A stretch of 64,000 nucleotides of DNA from Bongovirus reindeer (IMGVR_UViG_2974717242_000001:18357-82356); one strand, 5' to 3'; counted from the first letter of the stretch, positions 38,082-46,990 are shown. Program-made: numbers and translations. The notes: generated by a model not told the origin, from the letters alone.

Positions 38082-38451
38082 GGGGCTGTACTGGTTTTCG
38101 ATTACGAACCGAGTCCATGGAAGCGTGCCGGGAAGATACGCCCGTAACAGTTCAACCTTAATAAGCGCCGCATTTGTTGACGCTGATTACGCCGTAGCTG
38201 CGTGATCCGGTGGGGTAGAACGGTTTACCCGTTCCGTCTACCAATCCACCGTCGTCAATACGGGGACCGCAGGTACACCCAAGCATCTGCCAAACTGCTA
38301 GGGCCGTCCGGTCACGAGGACGTTAATCCCGTGTTCTTGCCCGTGGCAGATTGTGTCGCTATGCGAGGGGTGAAAATACAGAGGCACTACGCACGTAGAA
38401 GAATGAGTACAGAGAACGTAAGACGCGGGTTCGATTCCCGCCAGCTCCACC
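38082..38451 (+). ncRNA. ssrA: tmRNA (ssrA)
   Basis: 5' GGGGCTGTACTGGTTTTCGATTAC matches the tmRNA 5' consensus GGGGCUGAUUCUGGAUUCGAC. 3' end GACGCGGGTTCGATTCCCGCCAGCTCCACC is near-identical to the E. coli ssrA 3' end. G3-U70 in acceptor. Internal tag frame 38167-38205 encodes AAFVDADYAVAA-stop. Confidence 0.8.
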
Positions 38452-38692
38452 TGGGCCTGGGTTCTGGGTTCGAATCCCAGTGTGATTGAAGTGGATTCGC
38501 GGTCTGCAGCCGCGACTACGCTCCGGTGGGTAGCTCCCAGCCGCGTTCGCATGGTGTAATTGGCAAGCGCAGGGCCTGTTAAACCGGTTTCCCATCTCCG
38601 ACCAAAGGATGGGTGGTGGAAGACGAACTGGGTCTTAGGCAACCCCGTTCAGTCCTCGGCGTCCCAGCCCGCCGTCACCCGACTGGGCTAAG

Positions 38693-38767
38693 TGGGGTAT
38701 AGCCACAATGGCAGTGGCACTGGCCTGTTAAGCCGGATGAGTGTTGGTTCGAGTCCAGCTACCCTAG
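38693..38767 (+). tRNA. tRNA-Asn(GTT)
   Basis: Acceptor TGGGGTA/TACCCTA, D-stem GCCA/TGGC, anticodon stem CTGGC/GCCGG with loop CTGTTAA, T-arm GTTGGTTCGAGTCCAGC. No encoded CCA. Confidence 0.5.
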
Positions 38768-39678
38768 CGAGTGGAAGGTCGTCGGTTCGATTCCGACAGC
38801 GGAACAAACGGGCCGCTTAGCTCAGTGGCAGAGCATCCACGTTAACAACATTTGGGGCATGGCCCATAAGCTGAGGTGACTCAGTGAAAGGTGATGGTGA
38901 CATCTCGCCGCCCGCAAGGGTTCCCCATGCAATCCAAACCTTAAGCAGTTCCCGTTGGGGGCTGCCAGGTTGCGAGTTCATCGTGTGACCAACGCCAAGT
39001 GGTGAGGTCGGGTTCGGTACGTGCCGAAGGGCCAGCGAGTAACGGATGAGCAGCCTGTGGAATGGAAGGAACTTAAGTCAGAGCCTTGGCGGGTGACGGC
39101 GGGTTCCATGACCGATCTCGCGTGGACGACGGTTCACAATGCGGTTGAGGGAGAGAGTGAGTAGCCCGCCAGGCCAAAGCTCGAGAGGCGTGAAGCATTC
39201 TGTGCCCCAAAAGGGTTCGGAACTTCATGGGGAAGCACGTCTCTAGTCACAACTACCATGCTATTGGTTAGCAAACTGTCATTGAACACAGTTGTAGAGG
39301 TTCGACTCCTCGCAAAGCAAAAGCCTTTCCCTGCCGATGAGCAAAAGCGCCTTAATCCCCGACTGGGAGCAGAATCGGGGCAGGACGAGCCCGCAAGGCG
39401 GATCCTGTTTGTAGACAAGTAGTGCAGCCATGGGACGGCCATCCTAACGGCGAATCAAAAGTCGCAGAGTAGCTGTCGGTATGACGAGTGGTTCACGTTA
39501 CGGACCAGGCGTTGCACGTACACAGGGGACTGTGTGGACAAGTCGGGAATCCATAATCCGACGAAAGCGTGTGGTCGAGCGGTTTAGTCTCTAGCCCGCT
39601 CAACAATCGGAATGTGCGTCTAATGGCAAGGCGTGGGGGCACCCAGATGCAGGTTCGAATCCTGACTTTCCGGCATTT

Positions 39679-39755
39679 CCCGTGGCGAATTGGCGATCAC
39701 CGGTGACTGTAAATCACCCGCTTCGGCTGTGTAGGTTCGACTCCTGCCTGCGGGA
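39679..39755 (+). tRNA. tRNA-Tyr(GTA)-like
   Basis: Acceptor CCCGTGG/CTGCGGG (C1 start), perfect anticodon stem GGTGA/TCACC with loop CTGTAAA, 12-nt variable arm, T-arm GTAGGTTCGACTCCTGC. D-arm irregular. Confidence 0.4.
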
Positions 39756-39901
39756 CGACGAGACTGACGGGGCACAGTAGGTTCCAGGCTTGCGGCTGAA
39801 TCGAACACCCCCGCCCGCAAGGCCAGTCTCAATGACAACGCCTCGAAAACGTTGTCATCCGCTAGTGGAGAGGTGAGCGGACTGAATTGCCTTTCCAGCA
39901 T

Positions 39902-39973
39902 TGCCTGCTGGTGTAAATGACAGCACACGAAGCTCTGACCTTCGTAGTTCAGGTTTGAATCCTGGGCGGGCAT
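39902..39973 (+). tRNA. tRNA-Gln(CTG)
   Basis: Acceptor TGCCTGC/GCGGGCA (U1-A72 as in bacterial tRNA-Gln), D-stem GTGT/GCAC, anticodon stem CGAAG/CTTCG with loop CTCTGAC, T-arm TCAGGTTTGAATCCTGG. Confidence 0.55.
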
Positions 39974-40016
39974 CGAGATGGGTTGTCGGTATACCTCCAT
40001 GAAGGGAACCGTCACT

Positions 40017-40090
40017 CAGTCTGAGGTGTAAGTGGTTTGCATGGCCGGTTTGGATCCGGGCGGTTCGAGGTTCGAGTCCTCGCAGACTGA
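40017..40090 (+). tRNA. tRNA-Pro(TGG)
   Basis: Perfect acceptor CAGTCTG/CAGACTG (C1 start), anticodon loop TTTGGAT, perfect T-arm CGAGGTTCGAGTCCTCG. Confidence 0.5.
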
Positions 40091-40244
40091 CGTACCCGTT
40101 GGTGGATCGGATAACCACCCGACCTGATCTCAGGTTCCGTTAAGCAAATGAGATCGTGCCCCGTCGCCGTGGGATATGTCAGAAAAATCACGGGATCCCA
40201 TTGACCCGAGGGATTACGGCCTGATCAGCCGATAGGGTCAACCT

Positions 40245-40327
40245 GGAGGGATCCGCTGAATGGTCGGCAACCGGCGTCGAATACCGGGGCTGGGTGAAAC
40301 CAGGGGGTTCGATTCCTCATCCCTCCG
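40245..40327 (+). tRNA. tRNA-Ser(CGA), type II
   Basis: Acceptor GGAGGGA/TCCCTCC, anticodon loop GTCGAAT, long variable arm hairpin CTGG-GTGAAA-CCAG, T-loop TTCGATT. 83 nt. Confidence 0.55.
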
Positions 40328-40525
40328 CTCTGGAGAGTGGAACCATCTAGGTGGATGGCCGCGATTGCTAATCGCGGGGCAGCGTAACGCTGTGTGGATC
40401 GTGCCCACTCCTCTCCGCAATGAGAATCTAGCTGGCCAGCCATCAGGGTGTCGGTTCAACTCCGACAGGGAAAACCTGTGATTCTCAGGGGGTGCGGTTG
40501 GAGTCATGACCGTCGCATCCCATAT

Positions 40526-40598
40526 CGGGTTGTAGCTCAATTGGAAGAGCGCTGGCTTGAAACCCCAGAGGCTTCTGGTTCGAATCCAGGCATCCCGG
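40526..40598 (+). tRNA. tRNA-Phe(GAA)
   Basis: Canonical D-arm TAGCTCAATTGGAAGAGC, anticodon loop TTGAAAC, T-arm TCTGGTTCGAATCCAGG, acceptor CGGGTTG/CATCCCG. Confidence 0.6.
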
Positions 40599-40612
40599 CG
40601 CTAGGAGGCACT

Positions 40613-40804
40613 ATGTCGAACATGATGCGGATGCTCCGCAGGCCCCAGTGTAATCGGGGGTGTTGCGGTGGCGAACGTGAGCGTGAGGCCCAGCGGCCAG
40701 CCGAGAGGCGGCGAGTGCAGGCCGAGATCGACATGGAGACCTACGACATGACGCCAGACGCGGAATACGCGTGGCTGGAGTACATGTCAGGCATTGCGCG
40801 GTAG
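40613..40804 (+). CDS. small Cys/Arg-rich protein
   Basis: RBS CTAGGAGGC before ATG 40613. 63 aa, MSNMMRMLRRPQCNRGCCGG. Embedded between tRNAs. Track ORF 40448-40804 over-extends it. Confidence 0.5.
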   Translation: MSNMMRMLRRPQCNRGCCGGEREREAQRPAERRRVQAEIDMETYDMTPDAEYAWLEYMSGIAR

Positions 40805-40866
40805 TGAAATCGGGATCACACTGGTCTCATAAGCCAGCATTACGAGTTCGAGTCTCGTCTGCGCAA
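40795..40866 (+). tRNA. tRNA-Met(CAT)
   Basis: Acceptor TGCGCGG/CTGCGCA, D-arm TAGTGAAATCGGGATCAC, anticodon stem CTGGT/GCCAG with loop CTCATAA, T-arm ACGAGTTCGAGTCTCGT. Overlaps last codons of preceding CDS. Confidence 0.6.
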
Positions 40867-40947
40867 CGACGTATCAGGTTCTGCAAGGGGTAGGTAAAAA
40901 GGGTCCACGCCCCAGTGGCCCAAACCTGGTGCATTGAAAGGAAATAC

Positions 40948-41106
40948 ATGGCTGAGAAGCTGAAGTCCGGTGTTGCCGCCGCTCCGATTGTGAAGGCGGT
41001 CAATGATCTGATCGACGCGAGCGATGTCGATGTCGCCGCCCTGGCTGCGACTGTCGCGGATCTGGAGACGCGTGTGGAGGCGCTGGAGGCGGCTGCGGAG
41101 GCGTGA
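40948..41106 (+). CDS. small coiled-coil protein
   Basis: RBS GAAAGGAAA before ATG 40948, 52 aa, Ala-rich. Confidence 0.45.
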   Translation: MAEKLKSGVAAAPIVKAVNDLIDASDVDVAALAATVADLETRVEALEAAAEA

Positions 41107-41141
41107 TCGCCCGTCCTGGCCATGACGCGAAACTGGCCGAT

Positions 41142-41213
41142 CCCGCCGCAGCACGACGGACGTGCATCTCGCTACGAACGAGGGGGCTGCTGGTTCGAAT
41201 CCAGTCGGTGGGT
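41142..41213 (+). tRNA. tRNA-Arg(ACG)
   Basis: Acceptor CCCGCCG/CGGTGGG (C1 start), D-stem GCAC/GTGC, anticodon stem TCTCG/CGAGG with loop CTACGAA, T-arm GCTGGTTCGAATCCAGT. Confidence 0.55.
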
Positions 41214-41218
41214 CTATA

Positions 41219-41290
41219 CCCCTTGTGGCGTAATGGTTAGCGCAGCGGTCTGTGAAGCCGTCCATCACGGTTCGACTCCGTGCAGGGGGA
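41219..41290 (+). tRNA. tRNA-His(GTG)
   Basis: Acceptor CCCCTTG/CAGGGGG, D-arm GCGTAATGGTTAGCGC, anticodon stem GCGGT/GCCGT with loop CTGTGAA, perfect T-arm CACGGTTCGACTCCGTG. Confidence 0.55.
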
Positions 41291-41294
41291 CTTT

Positions 41295-41366
41295 GGCGAG
41301 GTGGCCGAGTTAGTTAGGCAGCAGGCTGCAACCCTGTTCACGCCGGGGCAGATCCGGCTCTCGTCT
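41295..41366 (+). tRNA. tRNA-Cys(GCA)-like
   Basis: Acceptor GGCGAGG/TCTCGTC, anticodon stem GCAGG/CCTGT with loop CTGCAAC. Atypical T-loop GGCAGAT in stem GCCGG/CCGGC. Confidence 0.4.
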
Positions 41367-41380
41367 CGAAGGGGTCACCC

Positions 41381-41638
41381 ATGGGTGTGTTGCTCTCCAG
41401 GGCCGAGCTGGAGCGCCTCAAGGAGGCTGCGGCATGGTTGGATCAGCAGCCGGAAGTTAAGGCGCGAGAGAGGCAGCTAGCGGCCATTCTGGAGCACGAG
41501 ATGCGCCTGGCCGGATGGGATGGTACTGGGGATCTTCGGCCGTGGTTCACGCGGTGCATGGAGATCAACCTCGCTTTGGATCAGACGCAGGGTCGACCGC
41601 CGTCGATTCAGAACTGGCCAGGCTATGAGGCTCGCTAG
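41381..41638 (+). CDS. hypothetical protein
   Basis: RBS GAAGGGG before ATG, 85 aa. 3' end overlaps the following tRNA. Confidence 0.5.
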   Translation: MGVLLSRAELERLKEAAAWLDQQPEVKARERQLAAILEHEMRLAGWDGTGDLRPWFTRCMEINLALDQTQGRPPSIQNWPGYEAR

Positions 41639-41702
41639 GCAAACTGGCAAAGCCGCCTGATTCAGAATCAGGTGCTTCCGAGTTCGACTCTCGGGCGAGC
41701 TA
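41629..41702 (+). tRNA. tRNA with CAG anticodon (Leu by anticodon) but short variable loop
   Basis: Acceptor GGCTCGC/GCGAGCT, anticodon stem CCTGA/TCAGG with loop TTCAGAA, perfect T-arm CCGAGTTCGACTCTCGG, variable loop only 4 nt. Confidence 0.45.
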
Positions 41703-41763
41703 CGTTTCACGCGGAGGTCTACGGGCTGATGCGGTTATTACTGGTCTGACGACCTGGAGATGA

Positions 41764-42726
<963 letters not shown>

Positions 42727-42733
42727 TCCCATC

Positions 42734-42806
42734 GGGACGTTGGTGAAACGGCTATCACCGCACGCTCTTAACGTGCCAGTTCTGGGTTCGAATCCCAGGC
42801 GTCCCA
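42734..42806 (+). tRNA. tRNA-Lys(CTT)
   Basis: Acceptor GGGACGT/GCGTCCC, anticodon stem GCACG/CGTGC with loop CTCTTAA, perfect T-arm CTGGGTTCGAATCCCAG. Confidence 0.55.
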
Positions 42807-42811
42807 CTTAA

Positions 42812-42885
42812 GCCTGTTTAGCTCAGTTGGTAAGAGCGCCTGCCTGATACGCAGGAGGTCGGTGGTTCAATCCCATCAACAGGTA
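42812..42885 (+). tRNA. tRNA-Ile(GAT)
   Basis: Canonical: acceptor GCCTGTT/AACAGGT, D-arm TAGCTCAGTTGGTAAGAGC, anticodon stem CCTGC/GCAGG with loop CTGATAC, T-arm GGTGGTTCAATCCCATC. Confidence 0.7.
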
Positions 42886-42897
42886 CGCAGTAACTCT

Positions 42898-42972
42898 GGG
42901 GTATTCATCTAGTCTGGCTTAGGATGCGACGCTTCCAACGTCGTCACGAGGGTTCGAATCCTTCATACCTCA
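42898..42972 (+). tRNA. tRNA-Gly(TCC)
   Basis: Acceptor GGGGTAT/ATACCTC, D-stem CATC/GATG, perfect anticodon stem CGACG/CGTCG with loop CTTCCAA, T-arm GAGGGTTCGAATCCTTC. Confidence 0.6.
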
Positions 42973-42978
42973 CTTTGC

Positions 42979-43049
42979 GCCGCTTTCGTCCAATGGTAGG
43001 GCACCTGGCTTACATCCAGATGACGGGAGTTCGATTCTCTCAAGCGGTA
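42979..43049 (+). tRNA. tRNA-Val(TAC)
   Basis: Acceptor GCCGCTT/AAGCGGT, D-loop AATGGTA, anticodon loop CTTACAT, T-arm GGGAGTTCGATTCTCTC. Confidence 0.5.
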
Positions 43050-43109
43050 CGTGGCCTGACGAGGCACCGGGGACTGGGTACCCGGCTTAGCGGCGAACAC
43101 CCACCCAAT

Positions 43110-43184
43110 GCCGATATAGCTCAATGGCTAGAGCCCTGCCTTAGTAACGCAGTGATCTCAGTTCGATTCTGAGTTTCGGCTCCA
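43110..43184 (+). tRNA. tRNA with encoded CCA, anticodon loop TTAGTAA (AGT, Thr?) isotype uncertain
   Basis: Canonical D-arm TAGCTCAATGGCTAGAGC, perfect T-arm CTCAGTTCGATTCTGAG, 3' TCCA. Anticodon stem has one C-C mismatch so the loop register is ambiguous. Confidence 0.5.
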
Positions 43185-43228
43185 CGGGCCACTTGCACGA
43201 GCACCCGTCCAAAACGCTTATGCACCAT

Positions 43229-43302
43229 GGGGGCGCATGTTCCAAGGTGGCGACCGACCCTTGCAAGGTTGGTGTGGTCGCGTTCGATTCGCACCGTCTC
43301 CA
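43229..43302 (+). tRNA. tRNA-Ala(TGC)-like with degenerate T-stem
   Basis: Acceptor GGGGGCG/CGTCTCC including G3-U70 Ala identity pair, anticodon stem CGACC/GGTTG with loop CTTGCAA. T-loop TTCGATT but only 3-bp T-stem, poor D-stem. Confidence 0.4.
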
Positions 43303-43356
43303 CGCTCAGTATGCAGATCGTAGGCCAATGGGCTATGAAATGCTTACTCGCACAAT

Positions 43357-43429
43357 CCCGATGTCATCTAGTGGCCTAGGATGCCGCCCTGTCGAGGCGG
43401 TCACGCGAGTTCAAATCTCGTCGTCGGGA
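43357..43429 (+). tRNA. tRNA-Asp(GTC)
   Basis: Acceptor CCCGATG/CGTCGGG (C1 start), D-stem CATC/GATG, perfect anticodon stem CCGCC/GGCGG with loop CTGTCGA, T-arm GCGAGTTCAAATCTCGT. Confidence 0.55.
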
Positions 43430-43479
43430 CTACGACCTTAGTGCAGCTTGGAGGTCTTTAAATATGAGGCTGCACGCCT

Positions 43480-43550
43480 GGTTCTATGGTGTAGTGGCAG
43501 CACGCGACCCTCTCAAGGTCTAGGCGGGAGTTCAATTCTCCCTAGAACTA
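43480..43550 (+). tRNA. tRNA-Glu(CTC)
   Basis: Acceptor GGTTCTA/TAGAACT, D-arm GTGTAGTGGCAGCAC, anticodon loop CTCTCAA, perfect T-arm GGGAGTTCAATTCTCCC. Confidence 0.55.
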
Positions 43551-43554
43551 CATT

Positions 43555-43590
43555 GACCCCCAATCACTTCGGTGGTTGGGGGTCTTTTTT
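43555..43590 (+). terminator. intrinsic terminator closing the tRNA array
   Basis: Stem GACCCCCAA / TTGGGGGTC followed by TTTTTT. Stoperator-like site immediately downstream. Confidence 0.7.
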
Positions 43591-43712
43591 ATGCCCTGAC
43601 CTGCGAATACAGGACGGGCACATACTTCTTGCCGTGAGTCCGATTGTGTTCCTCATCATCGTCGCGTTGGTGGGGCTCTCGCTCGCAATTCTTTGTCACT
43701 AGAAGGGATTTC

Positions 43713-44930
43713 ATGGCACCCACTACGCTAGCTCCGAAGGTGGTCAGCTTCGCCTCGGAGATCGATCAGGCGACGATTGACCAGGCGATGCAGATCGCTG
43801 AGATGCCGTTCATTCACCCACATTTGGCGTTGATGCCGGATGCTCATTCGGGCAAGGGTTCTGCGGTGGGGACTGTCATTCCCACGGTGGGTGCGGTGAT
43901 TCCGGCCGCTGTGGGTGTGGACATCGGCTGCGGCATGATCGCGGTGAGGACGCGGTTCACTCTCTCGGATCTGCAGATCAAGCATCATGTCAACCTGCTC
44001 GCCGAGATTCCGCTGGCGTCGCTGCGCCGCCAGATCGAGGAAGCGATCCCGCTGTCACCGGGCAACTACAACTCGACGTTGTCGAAGTTCGCGTTTACCC
44101 GCAAGAAGCATGAGGAGCTGATCCAGCTTCAGCAGGAGCTGGATGTCGACCTGTCCCACAGTCCGAAGTGGATGGAGCAGCTGGGTTCCCTCGGCGGCGG
44201 CAACCACTTCATCGAGCTGTGCCTGGACGAGGACGACACGGTGTGGCTGTTCCTGCATTCGGGTTCGCGGGGTGTGGGCAACAAGATCGCCCAGGTCCAC
44301 ATTAAGGCGGCGCAGGCATTCTGTGATCTCTACGGTGAGAAGCTGCCGAACCGCGACCTGGCGTACCTGGTGGAGAACACGTACGAGTTCGACCGGTATA
44401 TCAGGGAGCTGGAGTGGGCCCAGCGGTTCGCCTACCTGAACCGTGCGGAGATGATGGACCGCTTCGTCCACGTGTTCGCGTGGTGGCTGGGCGTGGAGGC
44501 TCAGCGTGTCGAGGTGGAGCGCATCAACTGCCACCACAACTACACGGTGCCGACCGTGAATGATGGCGAGCGGGTGTGGTTGACCCGCAAGGGTGCCATC
44601 GATGCGTCGGAGGGCAAGCTGGGGGTGATTCCCGGCTCGATGGGCACCAGGTCGTATGTGGTGCGGGGGAAGGGCTGCAGCGCTGGTTTGCTCTCTGCCC
44701 CTCATGGGGCGGGTCGCCGGTACTCCCGCACGAAGGCCAAGGAACTGTTCACCAAGGATGACTTGGCTGAGCAGATGCAGGGCATCGAGTGGCGCGAGGA
44801 CATCGCCGACAAGCTGGTCGATGAGATTCCGTCCTCGTACAAAGACATCGACCAGGTGATGGCTGATGCGGAGCCGTTGGTTGAGGTGGTGACCACCTTG
44901 CGCCAAGTCCTGAACGTCAAGGGTACGTAG
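43713..44930 (+). CDS. rtcB: RtcB-family RNA ligase
   Basis: RBS GAAGGGA before ATG 43713. ALMPDAHSGKGS, GGGNHFIEL, HSGSRGVG and SAPHGAGR are hallmark RtcB motifs. 405 aa. Confidence 0.8.
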   Translation: MAPTTLAPKVVSFASEIDQATIDQAMQIAEMPFIHPHLALMPDAHSGKGSAVGTVIPTVGAVIPAAVGVDIGCGMIAVRTRFTLSDLQIKHHVNLLAEIPLASLRRQIEEAIPLSPGNYNSTLSKFAFTRKKHEELIQLQQELDVDLSHSPKWMEQLGSLGGGNHFIELCLDEDDTVWLFLHSGSRGVGNKIAQVHIKAAQAFCDLYGEKLPNRDLAYLVENTYEFDRYIRELEWAQRFAYLNRAEMMDRFVHVFAWWLGVEAQRVEVERINCHHNYTVPTVNDGERVWLTRKGAIDASEGKLGVIPGSMGTRSYVVRGKGCSAGLLSAPHGAGRRYSRTKAKELFTKDDLAEQMQGIEWREDIADKLVDEIPSSYKDIDQVMADAEPLVEVVTTLRQVLNVKGT

Positions 44931-44958
44931 CCATTCCAACGACGAGAGGTAGTCGAGC

Positions 44959-45294
44959 ATGACCGTTCTGGCGGAAACACCGATCATCCACGTTCCGACT
45001 GATGTGACACACATGTCGGGACTCGACATCGTCACGCACATTCAGTGCGGCGATGAGTCGACGTGGGAGGAGGAGCTGCACTACGTGTGGGTGACCGACC
45101 GGCCACACACACTCAGCCTGATGGATCGCATCATCGCGGACGGGGAGATCAAGGAGCCGATCTGGATTGATCGGAACTATCCGGACGCGGTACGGGAGAC
45201 CGGCAAGGAGTGGCGTGTGTACAACGGCCACCACCGCACAGCCATCGGGCTGGCACTTCAGATCCCGGTACCTGTTCACTTCTCGCGTTACTGA
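44959..45294 (+). CDS. ParB-like nuclease domain protein
   Basis: RVYNGHHRTAIGLA resembles ParB/sulfiredoxin-fold GHHR motif. 111 aa. Confidence 0.45.
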   Translation: MTVLAETPIIHVPTDVTHMSGLDIVTHIQCGDESTWEEELHYVWVTDRPHTLSLMDRIIADGEIKEPIWIDRNYPDAVRETGKEWRVYNGHHRTAIGLALQIPVPVHFSRY

Positions 45295-45332
45295 ACTTTC
45301 GATTCAACCATCACAACTAAAAGGAGTTGCCT

Positions 45333-46232
45333 ATGAGCTGGCAAATGTGGGCTTTCATTGTCCTGTGGATCATCGGTGTCCTGGTCATGGCGGGCGGGTT
45401 TTTGGCGTCGCGTGCCGTCAAGGACGAAGACGAGAAGACTAGCTGCAAGTTGGTCGGCGGTTTCGGCGCGCTGATCATCGCTCTCGGGGCGATCATTCTG
45501 GCGACCGGCTGCTTCACCATCGTCGGTACGCGACAGATCGGCATCGAGACGGCGTTCAACCGGCCGACCGGTAAGACGTTCGAGAACGGCCTGAACTTCA
45601 AGGCCCCGTGGGCGAGTGTGGTTGAGATGGATGGCGCGATCCAGATCAACAAGTACGAGGGCGACAACGCTGTCCGCGTGCGTTTGGGGAACAACTCGAC
45701 TGCCGGTGCTGACACGTCGATTCGGTGGCGTATCAAGCAGGACGCGGCCGACGAGCTGTTCGTTGACTACAAGACGTTCGACAACGTGCGGGTCAACTTG
45801 ATCGAGCGCAATCTGCAGGTCGCGGAGAACGAGGTGTTCCAGTCGTTCGACCCGCTGGACGCGGAGTGGGCCGAGGGTGTGCCGCTGCAGCAGTTCGCTG
45901 ACAAGGCGGCGGCGAAGCTGAAGGATCTGGTCGGCAAGCAGGTGGAGATCATCGACGTGTCGGTGTCACGCTTGGATTACGACGAGCAGACCGAGGGCAA
46001 GATCAACCAGTTGAACGCGGAGCGGGCCAACACCGCTGTGGCGAAGCAGGCGCAGGCCACGGCCATCGCGCAGGCTGAGGCGAACCGTCAGCTGGCGTCG
46101 TCGGTGTCGAACGATCCGAATGTCATCGTCGCGAACTGCATCTCGAAGGCGTTGGACAAGGGTGTGTCTCCGTTCGGTTGTTGGCCGAATGGCGGCGAGA
46201 TGTTGCTGACCGTCCCGGCACCTGTCAAGTAG
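45333..46232 (+). CDS. SPFH/band-7 domain membrane protein
   Basis: RBS AAAGGAG before ATG 45333. Two N-terminal TM helices then prohibitin-like domain and Ala/Gln-rich coiled coil. Confidence 0.55.
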   Translation: MSWQMWAFIVLWIIGVLVMAGGFLASRAVKDEDEKTSCKLVGGFGALIIALGAIILATGCFTIVGTRQIGIETAFNRPTGKTFENGLNFKAPWASVVEMDGAIQINKYEGDNAVRVRLGNNSTAGADTSIRWRIKQDAADELFVDYKTFDNVRVNLIERNLQVAENEVFQSFDPLDAEWAEGVPLQQFADKAAAKLKDLVGKQVEIIDVSVSRLDYDEQTEGKINQLNAERANTAVAKQAQATAIAQAEANRQLASSVSNDPNVIVANCISKALDKGVSPFGCWPNGGEMLLTVPAPVK

Positions 46233-46302
46233 CACTACGGTTTGCGCCGGTCCCTCGGATCTGTTGGGGGACCGGCGCTGTCATTCGAAAGGGTTATCGC
46301 TG

Positions 46303-46446
46303 ATGATCCTCAAGGTCAAGGTGTTGGGCTTCGAGGTGCTGACGGTCGAGCTGGAGTCGGACGAGGGCCCTGGTGTGCAGCTCACTGCTGTCGATAAGGG
46401 TGTGAAGGGTATGTCGCACTGGTGGTTTCGGAGGATGAATAGGTGA
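46303..46446 (+). CDS. small hypothetical protein
   Basis: RBS GAAAGGG before ATG 46303, 47 aa. Track ORF starts at 46264. Confidence 0.4.
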   Translation: MILKVKVLGFEVLTVELESDEGPGVQLTAVDKGVKGMSHWWFRRMNR

Positions 46447-46847
46447 CCGTGACGAACTGTGTTGAGCCAGAGTCGAAGCCGCGTCGGCTGACGATCATGG
46501 GTGATCGTATGGCGGGTAAGACTCATCACTTGTTGGACATTGCGGTGGATAACGCCGAGCGGGGCAAGCTCGTATTGTTCGACTGCTCAACAGTTCCGTT
46601 GATGGCGTACACGTATGACCGCTGCGTCCGCGAGCACGCCAGGTTCGGCTGGCCCGACAGCAGGGCGATCAAGTGTCTCGACGGTGCACGGGAGATCCTG
46701 TTCGAGTCGGGCGGCAAGATCATCTTCAACGCCGGTACGGCCTATGTGCGCCGCTATTCGGGCCCTGTGGATGTCCACCTGATCGATGACACCGATGTGG
46801 ATGCCCGCGCCGACACAGAGCTGGTCATCAGGTCGGTTCTGCGGTGA
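46443..46847 (+). CDS. P-loop NTPase-like hypothetical protein
   Basis: GTGA overlap. Walker A-like GDRMAGKT. 134 aa. Confidence 0.45.
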   Translation: MTVTNCVEPESKPRRLTIMGDRMAGKTHHLLDIAVDNAERGKLVLFDCSTVPLMAYTYDRCVREHARFGWPDSRAIKCLDGAREILFESGGKIIFNAGTAYVRRYSGPVDVHLIDDTDVDARADTELVIRSVLR

Positions 46848-46990
46848 CGTGTTGGTGTCGGGCATGTCGCCCTGATGTGTGGTGGATGGTCGTCTGTCGC
46901 CGGTGTGGTTCGAAGAACTGCCCAGCTGCAGGCGACCATCGCCTTTCATGCCGTCTACCTGCGATTACAGAACGATGGGAGGCTTCCGCC

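Noticed and set aside
38082-38480. Permuted (two-piece) tmRNA suggested by the extra T-arm at 38463
   Set aside because: The standard one-piece arrangement already satisfies 5' and 3' acceptor pairing. The extra T-arm is better explained as an orphan tRNA fragment.
38202-38489. 95-aa plus-strand ORF
   Set aside because: Lies entirely within the tmRNA gene and adjacent T-arm element.
38808-39300. Group I intron interrupting the tRNA 5' half GGGCCGCTTAGCTCAGTGGCAGAGC (anticodon region GTTAACA)
   Set aside because: I could not locate a matching 3' exon (GCGGCCC acceptor strand) or convincing P/Q/R/S core elements. Left as an unresolved structured region.
39134-40118. Minus-strand ORFs 39134-39442, 39620-40015, 39855-40118
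   Set aside because: They run antisense through tRNA genes and tRNA-like elements.
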